Below, piece by piece: positions 1 through 12,200 of a stretch of 64,000 bases of DNA. The position numbers and the translations under genes are program-made. The notes under the pieces were generated by a model that was not told where the DNA came from, searched no databases, and worked only from the letters and a program-made list of their open reading frames with translations. The stretch is from Macrostomum lignano (lineage: Eukaryota), in contig NIVC01000910.1 in NCBI GenBank assembly GCA_002269645.1, forward strand, positions 136,944-200,943, in the 5' to 3' direction. Position 1 is the first letter of the stretch. The number at the start of each line of letters is the position of its first letter.

Positions 1-90
1 TCATAATCAGTATAGTAGATTTGGTCCTATTTGATGAATCTATATGTTAAGAGTTTTCTTATTACAGAAATTTTGCAAGCGTTGCTCTTA

Positions 91-3000
91 TTAATGCTTT
101 CCCAGCTCCGCATGGCAGTTCAACTGGCTGAGCCAATCAGGAATCCTGATCAGTTCAGATTCTTCTTCCTTCTTGTGGGAATAGTTTCAAGCACTAAATA
201 GTAGAATTTACCTAAAGCTAAGGTTAGGAGTCGTTGGTGTGTATAAAACTGGTTTTTGTGTTTAAAACCGGTTGGTATGTTAAAACCGGTTGGTGTGTTT
301 AAAACCTGTTGGTGTGTTTAAAACCTGTTGGTGTGTTTAAAACCTGTTGGTGTGTTTAAAACCTGTTGGTGTGTTTAAAACCTGTTGGTGTGTTTAAAAC
401 CTGTTGGTGTGTTTAAAACCTGTTGGTGTGTTTAAAACCTGTTGGTGTGTTTAAAACCGGTTGGTGTGTTTAAAACCTGTTGGTGTGTTTAAAACCTGTT
501 GGTGTGTTTAAAACCTGTTGGTGTGCTTAAAACCGGTTGGTGTGTTTAAAACCTGTTGGTGTGTTTAAAACCTGTTGGTGTGTTTAAAACCTGTTGGTGT
601 GTTTAAAACCGGTTGGTGTGTTTAAAACCGGTTGGTGTGTTTAAAACCTGTTGGTGTGTTTAAAACCTGTTGGTGTGTTTAAAACCGGTTGGTGTGTTTA
701 AAACTGGTTGGTGTGTTTAAAACCGGTTGGTGTGTTTAAAACCTGTTGGTGTGTTTAAAACCTGTTGGTGTGTTTAAAACCGGTTGGTGTGCTTAAAACC
801 TGTTGGTGTGTTTAAAACCTGTTGTGTGTTTAAAACCTGTTGGTGTGTTTAAAACCTGTTGGTGTGTTTTAAACCTGTTGGTGTGTTCAAGACTGCTCAA
901 TCGATGCACCATCCATTGGTTCAGCAAAGAATCAAGAACAAAGCCAAAGTGAACTTCCGCTCGCAACCGGAAGTCAGAGCTGCATTAATATTTTTACAAA
1001 TTAGCAAACAATGTCGAGTGAGGTTTTGTCACAGCCGCAGCCACACGGGTCTGAGCAAGGCTCTGCACAGACTGGTGAAGTCCCAGCGCAGCATGCATAC
1101 TCGGTAGGCCATGCCCTGGTTCAGCAGCGGCTCCTTGGTGTGCACAGACCGGCAGTGCGCCGTCAGGAGGCTGTAGGGCGCCCCGGAAGGCGCTAAGGCG
1201 ATTCGCTTCCGGCGAAGAAGCCGCCGAGCTCGCGCAGCGGCCAGGGCGCAGCAGGCGGCCAGGAGGGAGGCGGCAACTCCGGCTGTAGCGGCCGCCGCGC
1301 CAACCATTGCCAAATGAGGGGCCGCCGGCAGAGACCGCGGAGAGTTGTCACTGCCGGCGTCAACGAGCGGCTGCGGCAATTCGACTCCAAAGCGGGACAG
1401 ACAGCAGCCGTCGTCTGCAACTCGCAGTTTCAACCGTCTGAAGGCCTCGTCTAGGGAAGCTGGCCGATCGCCCCACCGGCTGGCGCAGTCGGCCGACGGT
1501 GCGAAGACAAGGACAGACGTTGCGGAAGCGCCGCTCTTCGCGAGAAGGTCACGTGACACTGAGGCTGCAGCTTGGAATACGGGACCATGGAAATTACTTC
1601 GGTGTTGTTCCTGTGGTATGGATAGTGCAATTGCATCGAGTTCGATGAGTCACGATGGCAAGTTAAAAGGGGGGGGGGTAGAGCAGCTCAGCGGTAAATG
1701 CATCTGACTCTCGCGCCACGGGATGACTGGTTCGATTCCGCAAACACATGAGAGTCAAACCCATAAGGCACAGAGAGTGCACATGCCTGACGATTTAGAA
1801 AGTCAGGGCCGCAGTGCACCCTGTGTGAGCGTGTGTTAGCTCGTTTCTGCCCGAAGCGGCTCATCCATATTAGTGTTATAGTTAGCGGGCGTGAAACCAC
1901 GTTTCACGGGCCGCTGAGACTGTCTATGGTAAAATCTTATTTACTCCAATGCATTCAATCGGTTTCACGGCCCGCTGAAAATGTCTATGGCAAAGTCAGA
2001 AGAAAGCGGGTCAAGGGGGCGCTGAGCCCCCACATTAGCACACCAGCACACAAGACAAAGAAAGAAATAATAAAATCCTAAAATTGTCTATGGCCAAAAC
2101 TCCTTATTTTGCGAATTGAAAAAATAGTAACTAATACTAAGAATTATTAAGCAGCACTAAGCTTTACTTTTAAAATATAAAATACGATTGCTTATTTAAT
2201 CGGTAAAAAAATTGTACTATTCTGAGCCGGGAATGTGTTGTCTGTGGTAATTTTTAACAAAAACTAGGATATTATATCATATAATCTCCTTGAAATCAGG
2301 AGCAATCGAATTTAATATATGATAAACGCCGTTTAATTCACATTCTGTGGTTAGAATGTCCGAAGCTGCGTTTAATGGTCTCGAGGCGAGCGTAGCGAGC
2401 CGAGGACCATTGATTGCAGCCGAGGATATTCTAACCATAGACTATAATGAATTAAACGGCGTTTATCATATATTAAATGATAACCCCTTTAGATGATAAA
2501 TTAGGCTTATTAGGCTTTAGATGATAAACGCCGTTTAATTCACATTCTGTGGTTAGAATGTCCGAAGCTGCGTTTAATGGTCTCGAGGCGAGCGTATGTA
2601 GCGAGCCGAGGACCATTGATTGCAGCCGAGGATATTCTAACCATAGACTATAATGAATTAAACGGCGTTTATCATTTACATACAAGTTGTAGAACACATT
2701 AACTAGATACTTATATGCATTCGAGTTTTTTTACTTATTGAAGTTGGCCACAGATTATTGCAGCGGGCGGGATGCCGTGCGTTTCTCGCCGTTTCAACAC
2801 GCCCAGGCTAACTATAATTGTTATTAAAGTCAACTTGTGCCGCATCTATAAAATCTAAAATGGAATCAAGGCACAAGCCCAGGGGTTCGAGTTACTGCTG
2901 GGCTGCTGTGCCCCTCTTTGAGTGTCTTACCTGTACATCAGAGGCTTTAGATGAACCTTGTAGGCCTCCAGACTATCCCGAAGTCCTGGTGGCATCGGCA

Positions 3001-3337
3001 CCTTCAGCAGAGTGAAGCTCGCATTCGGCGACCCTGCAGCAGCAAAGTGCTGAGCGAACTCCCAGCTGACATTCATCGGTCCAACATTTCTGGCCGCACC
3101 GCTGCCGATCAGTTTAATCCAGAACACCCCGATCGCTTGGTGATTGGGCACGCTAGAGAAAGCCACAGCCAAACAGTCCGACGAAGTCGAATACTCGGCT
3201 AGCAACCGGGTCGTCCAGGTGCGAATCGCCCGCTCTTCGGGACTACCGTACATGATATTATAGCATTGCACACCGGCTAGAGTGGGCCAAAGCCATGCTA
3301 GCAGAATTGCGGAGGAAACAAGCTTGCTGCTGCTCAT
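91..3337 (-). CDS. Orphan predicted type I membrane protein, spliced; model tentative
   Basis: Exon 3337-2931 encodes a signal peptide MSSSKLVSSAILLAWLWPTLAGVQC and ends at a strong donor AG|GTAAGA. The acceptor CCACAG| at 1610 is phase-compatible (..YR-NNTEVISMVPY..). A hydrophobic segment (LAMVGAAAATAGVAASLLAACCALAAA) followed by basic RARRLLRRKR lies in a different frame (1559-1029), so an indel or another acceptor is needed. A possible terminal exon 171-91 (KEEESELIRIPDWLSQLNCHAELGKH*) joins through a phase-0 donor CGA|GTATGC at 1101. No family recognised. Confidence 0.5.
243..890. repeat. 19-bp minisatellite (GGTGTGTTTAAAACCTGTT)n, roughly 34 copies
   Basis: Directly visible tandem array with CCTG/CCGG variants. 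Confidence 0.95.
1678..1850 (+). mobile_element. tRNA-derived SINE copy (family A)
   Basis: A-box-like AGCTCAGCGGTAAA and B-box GGTTCGATTCC, followed by a body motif AGAAAAGTCAGGGCCGCAGTGCACCCTGTGTGAGCG shared with copies at ~12880, ~43014, ~50436 and ~60869. Confidence 0.7.
2311..2477. mobile_element. MITE-like ~150-bp hairpin element, copy 1
   Basis: Terminal inverted repeats ATGATAAACGCCGTTTAATTCA and TGAATTAAACGGCGTTTATCAT, plus internal imperfect inverted repeats (TGGTTAGAATGTCC / GGATATTCTAACCA). Confidence 0.75.
2521..2675. mobile_element. MITE-like hairpin element, copy 2 (direct repeat of copy 1 with a 4-bp insertion)
   Basis: Near-identical to 2319-2469 with the same terminal inverted repeats. 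Confidence 0.75.
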
Positions 3338-4469
3338 CGCGGGTCAAGCCGCAGTCTTAGACTCTGGTGTTTGTTTCTAGTGCTGTATTTATTGTTGCCT
3401 TTGCTATGGCTGCTTTTACACATAGCTTTGACTCAGGCGCTACGGTAGCGCGTTTGAGCAGGAGGAGAGAGGACAGAAACCCTGAGTGCGAGGCACAGTT
3501 ATTGTTCACCCCAGCAACTACTAGGCAGGCGCTGCTTTATTTGAGTGTACATTGCGTTTGAAAGCTTAACTGTCGTATTACAGAGTGCTTCAACCTGCAG
3601 CTTGTTTAAAATGCTGTAAGACTCAGACTGAGAGATGCTAGCAAACCTTGAGAGCGCGGACCCCGTGAATAGTAGCTGATTTATAAGGCTCCGTACTCGT
3701 AAGTCGTAGGTAGCTCGCGTTGGCTTACTCGTATTTTTAATTTTTCTAAAATCTGAGAAATCTGTAAGCTATTGCGTTGCAACGAGCAAATTTGTCTTGA
3801 GCAATAAAAGAAACAGAGATTACTGTGAATTATAAGTATATCATAGTACGAGTCGTATCAGGGGCGTCGCCATGGATTTTATGGTGGGGGGGACAAAGCC
3901 AAGAATTCAACACGTACATGTACATGACTAAATTCCTAGATTTCCATTATTTTCAGAATCGTGTTGTCAGCACTCATTTTGGCGCCGCAGGTATTCCTTT
4001 TAACGCTGCAGGCACTCATTTTAGCGCCGTAGGCACTCGTTTTGGCTCCACAGGCCCTCCTTTAGGCACCGCGCAGGCACTCCTTTTGACGCCGCAGGCA
4101 CTCATTTTAGCGCCACGGGCACTCATTTTGGCGCTGAAGGCGCTATATTTTGGCGCCCTGAAGAAAAATTATTGATTGCGACAACGAGTCTTTTAAGAAC
4201 GCTTGTCCACATGACCGTAAATGTAGTTTGAAATGAAATGCCATATTCAATAAAAAACAGAGAAATATCATTTCGTTATACACTTTATACATGTACTTAA
4301 TGCTCAATCATAAAATCGAGGTTTACCAATCAGGCACATTTTCTTGATTTCGAGGTGGCTCATTATAAAGAGATTGTGCATGACATATTTGTATCAAATC
4401 AGTACTTGTCAGTAAACTTGTACGACTACTGTAAAAATATTTTTGTTTAATTAATTAATGAACTTTGCC

Positions 4470-4885
4470 CACAGAAGATTCGCCCGCCGAGATTTGCCCG
4501 CCGAGCTTTTCAAGCAAGCCGCAATGCTTAGTAAGTCTTAATAAAGAGATTTACCTGATCAAAACGTTTCGATGGTAACTGCATGGATATCAAATGCATA
4601 TTTTTCTTGTAGGTTTAATTAATTCGATATGCATACAGCAGGGGTTACGCATCTGTGAGCGATTAGTTCATGCATACGTCATCTAGCTTTGTCCTTTAAA
4701 TCTCTTTATTAGGACTTACTTAGCATATGGAGGCAACGCAGACAACATTTGCCGCGTGGCTAAATACGCTGCAGCATTGCGGTCAAACCTCGGCGGGAAA
4801 AGCTCGGTGGGCAATTCGCTCGCGGGCAAAATACTGCGGTCAAATCTCGTAGGGAATTCGTCTGCGGGGTAAATTCTCACAGAAC
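4470..4885. mobile_element. MITE-like element with inverted subterminal CCCGCCGAG repeats
   Basis: The left arm carries CGCCCGCCGAG repeats and the right arm carries their complements (CTCGGCGGGAAAA). Architecture resembles 44127-44518. Confidence 0.45.
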
Positions 4886-5396
4886 CATCCGAAAGGTTCT
4901 AGCGAAATCGCTCTTTAATCGACTCGGCAGCATCGGTTGCTGAACCAATGCATGCAAAATAGAAGTATACTTTAACGTTCCGGCATATTCTTTTTAATTT
5001 TTATGCATTAAAACAAGCTTGTGAGAACAGTACTGCGTAGACTGCATATGACAAATATTTATTTAGCAATTTTACTAAAGTTAAAAAATTCCACAATTTT
5101 TGCGACTTTATATACTACTGTTAAAAGTTTATGGCATCGAAAGTTAAAACTTTGGCTTTACTGCACAATTTCAACTTTGGAATTCCGATTCATTTTTTAG
5201 ATACTGTGATGTGATTGACTTGATTGTGCCACAGAAACTTTTGCCCTACAGTAACAGTAGTTATAATTTGGTTAACATGTTGTAGTAATGATAGCATGTT
5301 CAAAAATTTACTACTTAAATTATCCAACTTCACAGTTTATTTAGTCGCAAATAGAAAGCAAAAATCAAGCAATATTTAATTTTAATAGTGAATTTT

Positions 5397-5555
5397 CAGG
5401 AGCGGATCCAGAAATTTTTTGATAGAGGCCCAGGCAAGCTATACCAAGCACTACAACCCAATATTGAAAAATAAACCATGCATAATTACAGGCCAAAAAT
5501 TATGGACAAAATTTACCTTTTTGGCCATTCCCCCCCTCCTGGATCGGCCCCTGTG
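5397..5555. mobile_element. Short element with imperfect terminal inverted repeats (CAGGAGCGGATCCAG ... CTGGATCGGCCCCTG)
   Basis: The inverted ends are visible directly. A related left end occurs near 46205. Confidence 0.4.
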
Positions 5556-6283
5556 AATTTTCTTGCATGAAATTATTTTTTTCAATTATATCACCGCAAC
5601 CATTCGTATAATATATTTTAATCATTTACGGTGGTTTCTTTTAACAATCTTATCAATCTTAAAGCAAAAATTTTCTGCAACTTTTTTTTGAACACTTAAA
5701 ATTAATGCATTAAATATTTACTGACAGAAACAAATAAGTACCAAATAATAGCCAATACTGCGATACATTGTGTTAATTAAATTTTATACATACTAAGATT
5801 TTTATAATAAAACTGAGTGTAACTTTTTTATTTTAGTACAATATATTTGATAAAGCATTTTTTATTTGTTCAACCCTTCTCATTCTTTATTCTTATTAAG
5901 GAAAATTTTTTTTAGTCATTACACAAAATATACTGCACTAATGGTAAATTAATCGAGCACAATAGAAAAAGAACTAAATTTTGACAATTTGTTATACAAG
6001 TGGAGACTGAAAAGTAAATGTTTAGAATTTTCTGTTATTGGATCTCAAGCATGCTAGCAGGTGGCACCAATAATCGCAAATTGTTTTTTAATCTAATACT
6101 AAAATTTAATCTAATTTGATAGCTGTTTATATCCTTGATGACTAGCAGTTGCATAGCTGTCTTTGAGTTTCGTTTTTTCTTTGCTACTTGCTAGATTTTT
6201 ATATATGCATAGCACACAAGGCATTTAATACAATAGCTTAAATGTCAAGTCCGAACCTATCGAACGCTCTGACTTCATGCGAC

Positions 6284-9200
6284 ATGGCTGAAGAGGTGAG
6301 TGCAGCAGTGATCAAGGCCACACAGAGCTCGCTTGGCAAATATGTGAAGCGACCGCCGCTAACAGAAAAATTGCTGGGCCGGCCGCCGTTCAAGTATCTG
6401 CACGACATCTTCACGGCAGTGATGAAGAGCACAGGTTTTATGGAGGGCCTGTTCACCGGGCCCGAGATGAACCCCGACAGTTTCAAGGATCGCGACTCAA
6501 AAATGGCGTACCTGGACAAGGTGATCCGCATGGTTGGTGAGTAGCCAAATATTAAGTATTTGGAGCTTTAGAAACGATTCTGTAAACCAATATCAGGTCT
6601 GCACAATCCATTTGTAAAAACTTCGCCTCCAACCCAATCCAGGGCTGGTCAACGGCAAAGAGGTGGTGGTGAAACCGTCCGCAATTGTGGCTGGCAAGGA
6701 GGCCGAAAAGACCAACGCGTTTCTGCAGGACCTTGCGGCTGCTATTGGCAAAAAGGTTCGATTCAACTATATGTAGGGAATGACGAATGCAGGGAATCGA
6801 AAGCTGGCCTCCTTGCAAATTTGCACGATTTCCGAGTGCTTTAGTCGTCCATGAACCTACGCCTTTCCCCGCAGGCAAATAACGCCGATTTCGTCAAGCG
6901 CGTCCTCAACGGCGAGGGCCCGGCGGCGTCGACGGGAGGCTCCTCTAAAAAGCCATCGCGCGAGGACGGCGGCGGCAGCAAAGAGCGGCGCAAAGACGAC
7001 AAACCGGACGAAGGCAGCCGGGACAAGAAGCGGGGCCGGGACGAGGGCGGAAAGGACAGAAGCCGCGACAGGGAGAAGGAGCGGGACAAAGAGCGGGAGA
7101 AGGACAAAGACCGAGAACGTGAGAAAGGCAAAGACAGAGAGCGAGAGAAGGACAAAGACCGGGAGAGAGAAAAAGACAAAGAGCGAGAGCGAGAGAAAGG
7201 CAAAGACAGAGAGCGAGAGAAGGACAAAGACCGGGAGAGAGAAAAAGACAAAGAGCGAGAGCGAGAAAAAGGCAAAGAACGGGAGAGTAGAGATAGCAGA
7301 GGGAAAGAGAGAGACCGAGGTCGAGGCGAAAAAGACGACGACAAAGACCGGAAGCGAGGACGAGGCGACGATAAGGATAAGGTGAGCCGCTCTTCAGAGA
7401 GGCGATAGCTCGGGTTAAATAAATCTCTAATTAATAATATTTTCCACTAGATTACAATCGGCCCCATAAAACTGGAATAACAAACTAAAAAAAAATTCGC
7501 ACGCAGCGAGAAAAGCCCAAACAGCCCATTGTCAACAAGCCCGTCGACAAGTCGACAAAAAAATCGGCGGCGGCGCCGGCGCCCTCAGCTCCCCCTGCCG
7601 AGGGCGCCGCCATCTCGGCTTCTAAGGTAACCAGCTTGAATCACTGCGCCAGGCTATTGTAAAGCCTTTGAAAGAGTAGAGAAGCAAAAAAACAATGCAT
7701 GTAGAGAAGAAAAAGCATTTGTTGTTAGCTTTAGATTGTGAGCCCTCACGCATGCACAACTGAAGTAGATCAAGGAAGCTACACTCGGTTTACTTAGAAA
7801 TCAGCTGGAGGCCGGTAAGGAACGTGCATTTTTCGCATCACCAGTGCGAAGTCTATGGTAAAACCCCATTCAACGCTATGCGTTCTCTAGAAGCTAATCA
7901 ACTCATTTCTAAGAAAATCAAGTGCAGCGTCCTTCAGCTTCAGTTGCCCAATGCCCGCACAGTGCACTGTGTTTTACCGCTCTGATGCAAATGGTATTTT
8001 ATAATTGAGCTTCACAGTTATGCTTCACAGTGAAATGATTTACACGATTGTGCACGCAAACATGAGTAGTTCAGAGTTCTCAGTCAGTACAGCGGCTTTG
8101 CTTGCGAATATTCCCGTTAGCAACAACGCGACGACGACGGCATACGGACGGACGAAGGCGGTGGAGCTTCGCAGCCCAGCTCCCGTCAGGGCTCCGCTGC
8201 AGAGGCGAGGTCGCAGCCGGTTGGTGCCCCAACAGTCGACTTCCAGCAAGCTGGTTCTAATCTTTTAGCTAGGGTCACTTTGGCTTCTAAATTGACCTCA
8301 CTTATACTATACGAAGGCTGAGTCATAAGTTCGTGGACAAATAATAATAATGTTGATTACACCTGCCCCAATTGGGCCAGATGTGCAACCGACAGCTCAG
8401 CCGCAGCTATCGCGCGGCGCATCTGAAGGCTGCGTACGGCTGTTCAGTCCAAGGACTGGGGGGTCGCCACACACATCCTCAATGACCCAAGCAAATGCTG
8501 GCACCCATTTTACAGCTGGGTGAACTGAAGCAATGCAGAGTTAAGTGTCTTGCTCAAGGACACAAATGGTTCCAGTGGGATCTGGAATCGAACCCCGACC
8601 TTCAAGTCGTGAGTCCGATGCTCAAACCACTAAACTACAACCACTTTCTCGCAGCGAGAAAGACAAAACAGCCTATTGTAAAAGCAAGCAGTGCCGAGTC
8701 TTGTCACATAATTGCCCTTCATCTGAACACACTTTCCTGGGCAAAGAATTCCTGGGGGGTCGTTTATCCCCACTGGTAGATTGCGGAATTTAGTGCAGAC
8801 ACACTGCTGTAGAATTCCAGCCTGTTTCTTTATCTTTAGCAGCAGATGTGGCAGATTGTGGCAGAGGTACCACTTATGACTACATCGAGCACTTGTCAGC
8901 GAACTTGTGACACAGCCATCGTAGCTCATGTCACAAACACTCAAGGACTTCTATTGTTGAAGGATTGGCCACTCTCAAGACATGTTTAGCTTTAGTTAGT
9001 CATAGTTCTGAGAAACTTTCACCGCAAGCAAGGTTCTAAGTCAGAGATATTAAAAACAACTGTCGAAAATCGAAATCCATTAAGTTTTACCGATAAGATT
9101 GCCGCTTCCTTCTACTTAGAAGAGTCCTTGATCTGTGACTGAGCAGCATCCTCGGATTATCGCCAATCTCTGTATTTTACTCTTAAGTTTATTTGTTATC

Positions 9201-12200
9201 AAAGTCTTCATTCTTGATTTTATTTTCAACCGTGCTCTGTTTATTACATTTATGCAATTCATTTCTCCCTGTCTCTGCCACAGACATCAAAAACAACAGC
9301 TGGGTCGCTCCATTTTTTTAGAGTTTATTTCGTTAATTCTTGCATGGAGCTAACATGGAGCTAGCATGTAACTAGCATGGAAATAGCATGGAGCTAGCAT
9401 GTAACTAGCATGCAACTAGCATGCAACTAGCATGGAACTAGCATGGAACTAGCATGGAACTAGCATGGAACTAGCATGTAACTAGCATGGAACTAGCATG
9501 GAACTAGAATGTAACTAGCATGGAGCTAGCATGGAACTAGCATGGAACTAGCATGGAACTAGCATGGAACTAGCATGGAGCTAGCATGGAACTAGCATGG
9601 AACTAGCATGCAACTAGCATGGAACTAGCATGGAGCTAGCATGGAACTAGCATGGAACTAGCATGTAACTAGCATGGAGCTAGCATGGAACTAGTATGGA
9701 GCTAGCATGGAACTAACACTGGAACTAGTATAGTTCCAGATTTTTGCCCATGGCCAAAACTGACGGATGTGACGCGATTTGCCCTTCCTACTATGCCATA
9801 AAGTTGAAGTTACTGAAAGCAGAAGTTTGTCAAGTTGCATTGCTATAAAATGGAGCGACTCAATCCAGTGTTTGATGACCTGTGGTCTCTATTAGTCTTA
9901 TCCTATTCATTAATTTCCTATTATCTTCTATTATAATATACTTACCCCATTCTTGTACTGGTAGCTTTTCATATTAACTACCCATTAGGTCATTGTCTTT
10001 TAGTTTAAAACACTTAGTGCTGCTAGTGTTTTTGATTTTCAATTAAAAATTATTTTACTGTGTAAAGTAATTACATAAGTATAATGTACTGTGTAAACTG
10101 TGTAAATTGTTCCACATGTACGTGTACTGTACACATTTTCAGGTGAAAGTTTTCTGCATTGCAATTGTCTGCATTTTCTATATTTATCTACTTTCACTGA
10201 TGTTGTAAAATTACCTACGCGTGAACTGTGCACTGCATGCTGAGGTGCTTGGCATGTAGGTATTAGACAATTGCATATCAAAGCTTGACAGACAGATAGA
10301 CACATGCAGTGATTCAGAACTTACACACTCAGACAGATCTACATGCACTCATAAATGCATTATTGACACAGATATCAATTACAGCATTGACTTGCAGGTC
10401 TGTACAGCATTGACAGGCAGATCTTTAATCCATAATCCGCAGGCGGGCAATGAAGGCGGCGACGGTGGCAGCGGCCAAAAAGGCTCCAAAGATGACGAGG
10501 GCAGCCCGAACAGAATGCAGCGACCCTCCAGCGCCAAAGGCAATCGGCGCCTACGAGACGGTGAGTTGTCATGGTAACGACTTCAACTTTGGAATTGTAG
10601 CTTGTAGAAGTTTCCGGCGAGAAACCGTAGTAGCTACTCGTATATCCTACTGTAAGAAATGATGCAAAAACAAACTACTAATACTACTTACTCGCTCACA
10701 GCAGCTTCGGGAAATATTACGAAGTAGTTTTGCATTTCCCAGATTTCACAAAATTTTCACTCACCCGTTTTATTTGTACTTTATAAAAGAAGACTTTGAA
10801 ACACCAGTAGGTTTTTTTATAGAAACACTTGTAGAAAGTGGATGTTAAACTTTAAACCTAAGGTAAATGCGTCTGACATCACTTTTCTCGCCATTGACAC
10901 CTCATCGAAAAAATAATAAACCGACGATTGTAGGTCGCCGGGCTCCAGCCAGCGCGGACTCAGGTTGAGTTTTAAATTAAGCACCTGACTTTTCTTATGC
11001 GCAGTGTGAAAATTGGTAAAAATCTTCTGGCAGGCCAGTGGAATATGAATAACATATGCTATATATACTACTGACTGATTTAAGTAGCATCGATTAATGC
11101 GATATACTATTGTCAACTGGTTTGTCTTCTAACATTAATTATCTGTATCTTCTTAGCATAGCACTGCCTCGAACCTTCTCTGTAGGTTCTTGACAATATA
11201 TGCCCATGAATATTCTGGAAGGTGTAGAATGGATTGCTAATCTATCGTCTTTGAATAAAGGTGTAGAATGGATTGCTAATCTATCGTCTTTGAATAAAGG
11301 TGTAGAATGGATTGCTAATCTATCGTCTATGAATAAAGGTGTAGAATGGATTGCTAATCTATCGTCTTTGAATAAAGGTGTAGGATTGCTAATCTATCGT
11401 CTTTGAATAAAGGTGTAGAATGGATTGCTAATCTATCGTCTTTGAATAAAGGTGTAGAATGGATTGCTAATCTATCGTCTTTGAATAAAGGTGTAGAATG
11501 GATTGCTAATCTATCGTCTTTGAATAAAGGTGTAGAATGGATTGCTAATCTATCTTCTATGAATAAAGGAGTAGAATGGATTGCTAATCTATCGTCTATG
11601 AATAAAGGTGTAGAATGGATTGCTAATCTAGCTAGTGTCCGTTAAGCCTACTGAATAAAAAATCAGATTTTTTAAATATCCTTTTATGCATCTCTTCTGT
11701 CTCGAGCCCAGCGATTATGCCAAATGTGTTTTGTTGGCTATCCATTAACATGTATACCAAGTGCCAAAAACGTGAACTTCTGTTTTGCTACATTACATAA
11801 TTCCTTAACTGGCAGAATGCGTTCTAACTACTGCTCAGCAATAGATCAGTAGTGCGGTTCGCTAATTGCACTATAAATGAATTTCAAATGGACATTATAA
11901 ATATACTTTCACCCAGGCACAATAGCAATTTGTGTTGGCCATTATTCCACAGTTGCTCCCCAATGTACATTTACCCATGTACAAATATGTCATCCGTGAC
12001 TGCTTTCCCGCATTTATTATCTATCCACCCCTTTGCATCTTTGCATTAGCATGGAATAAGTGTGGAATAATGGCATCTGGGCTGGGCTAAATGCAATAAA
12101 ATGCATTTGTTTAGTGTATAGCACAGATAATAGAATAACTAGATTGGTCACTCAGCACATTTGCATGCAAGCTACTTTCAGTTCAGTAGTAAGTCTAATA

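Noticed and set aside
8560-8643. tRNA-like sequences here and at 1678 and 60930-61007
   Set aside because: They have A/B boxes but no complete acceptor stem, and they continue into repeat bodies, so they are SINE heads.
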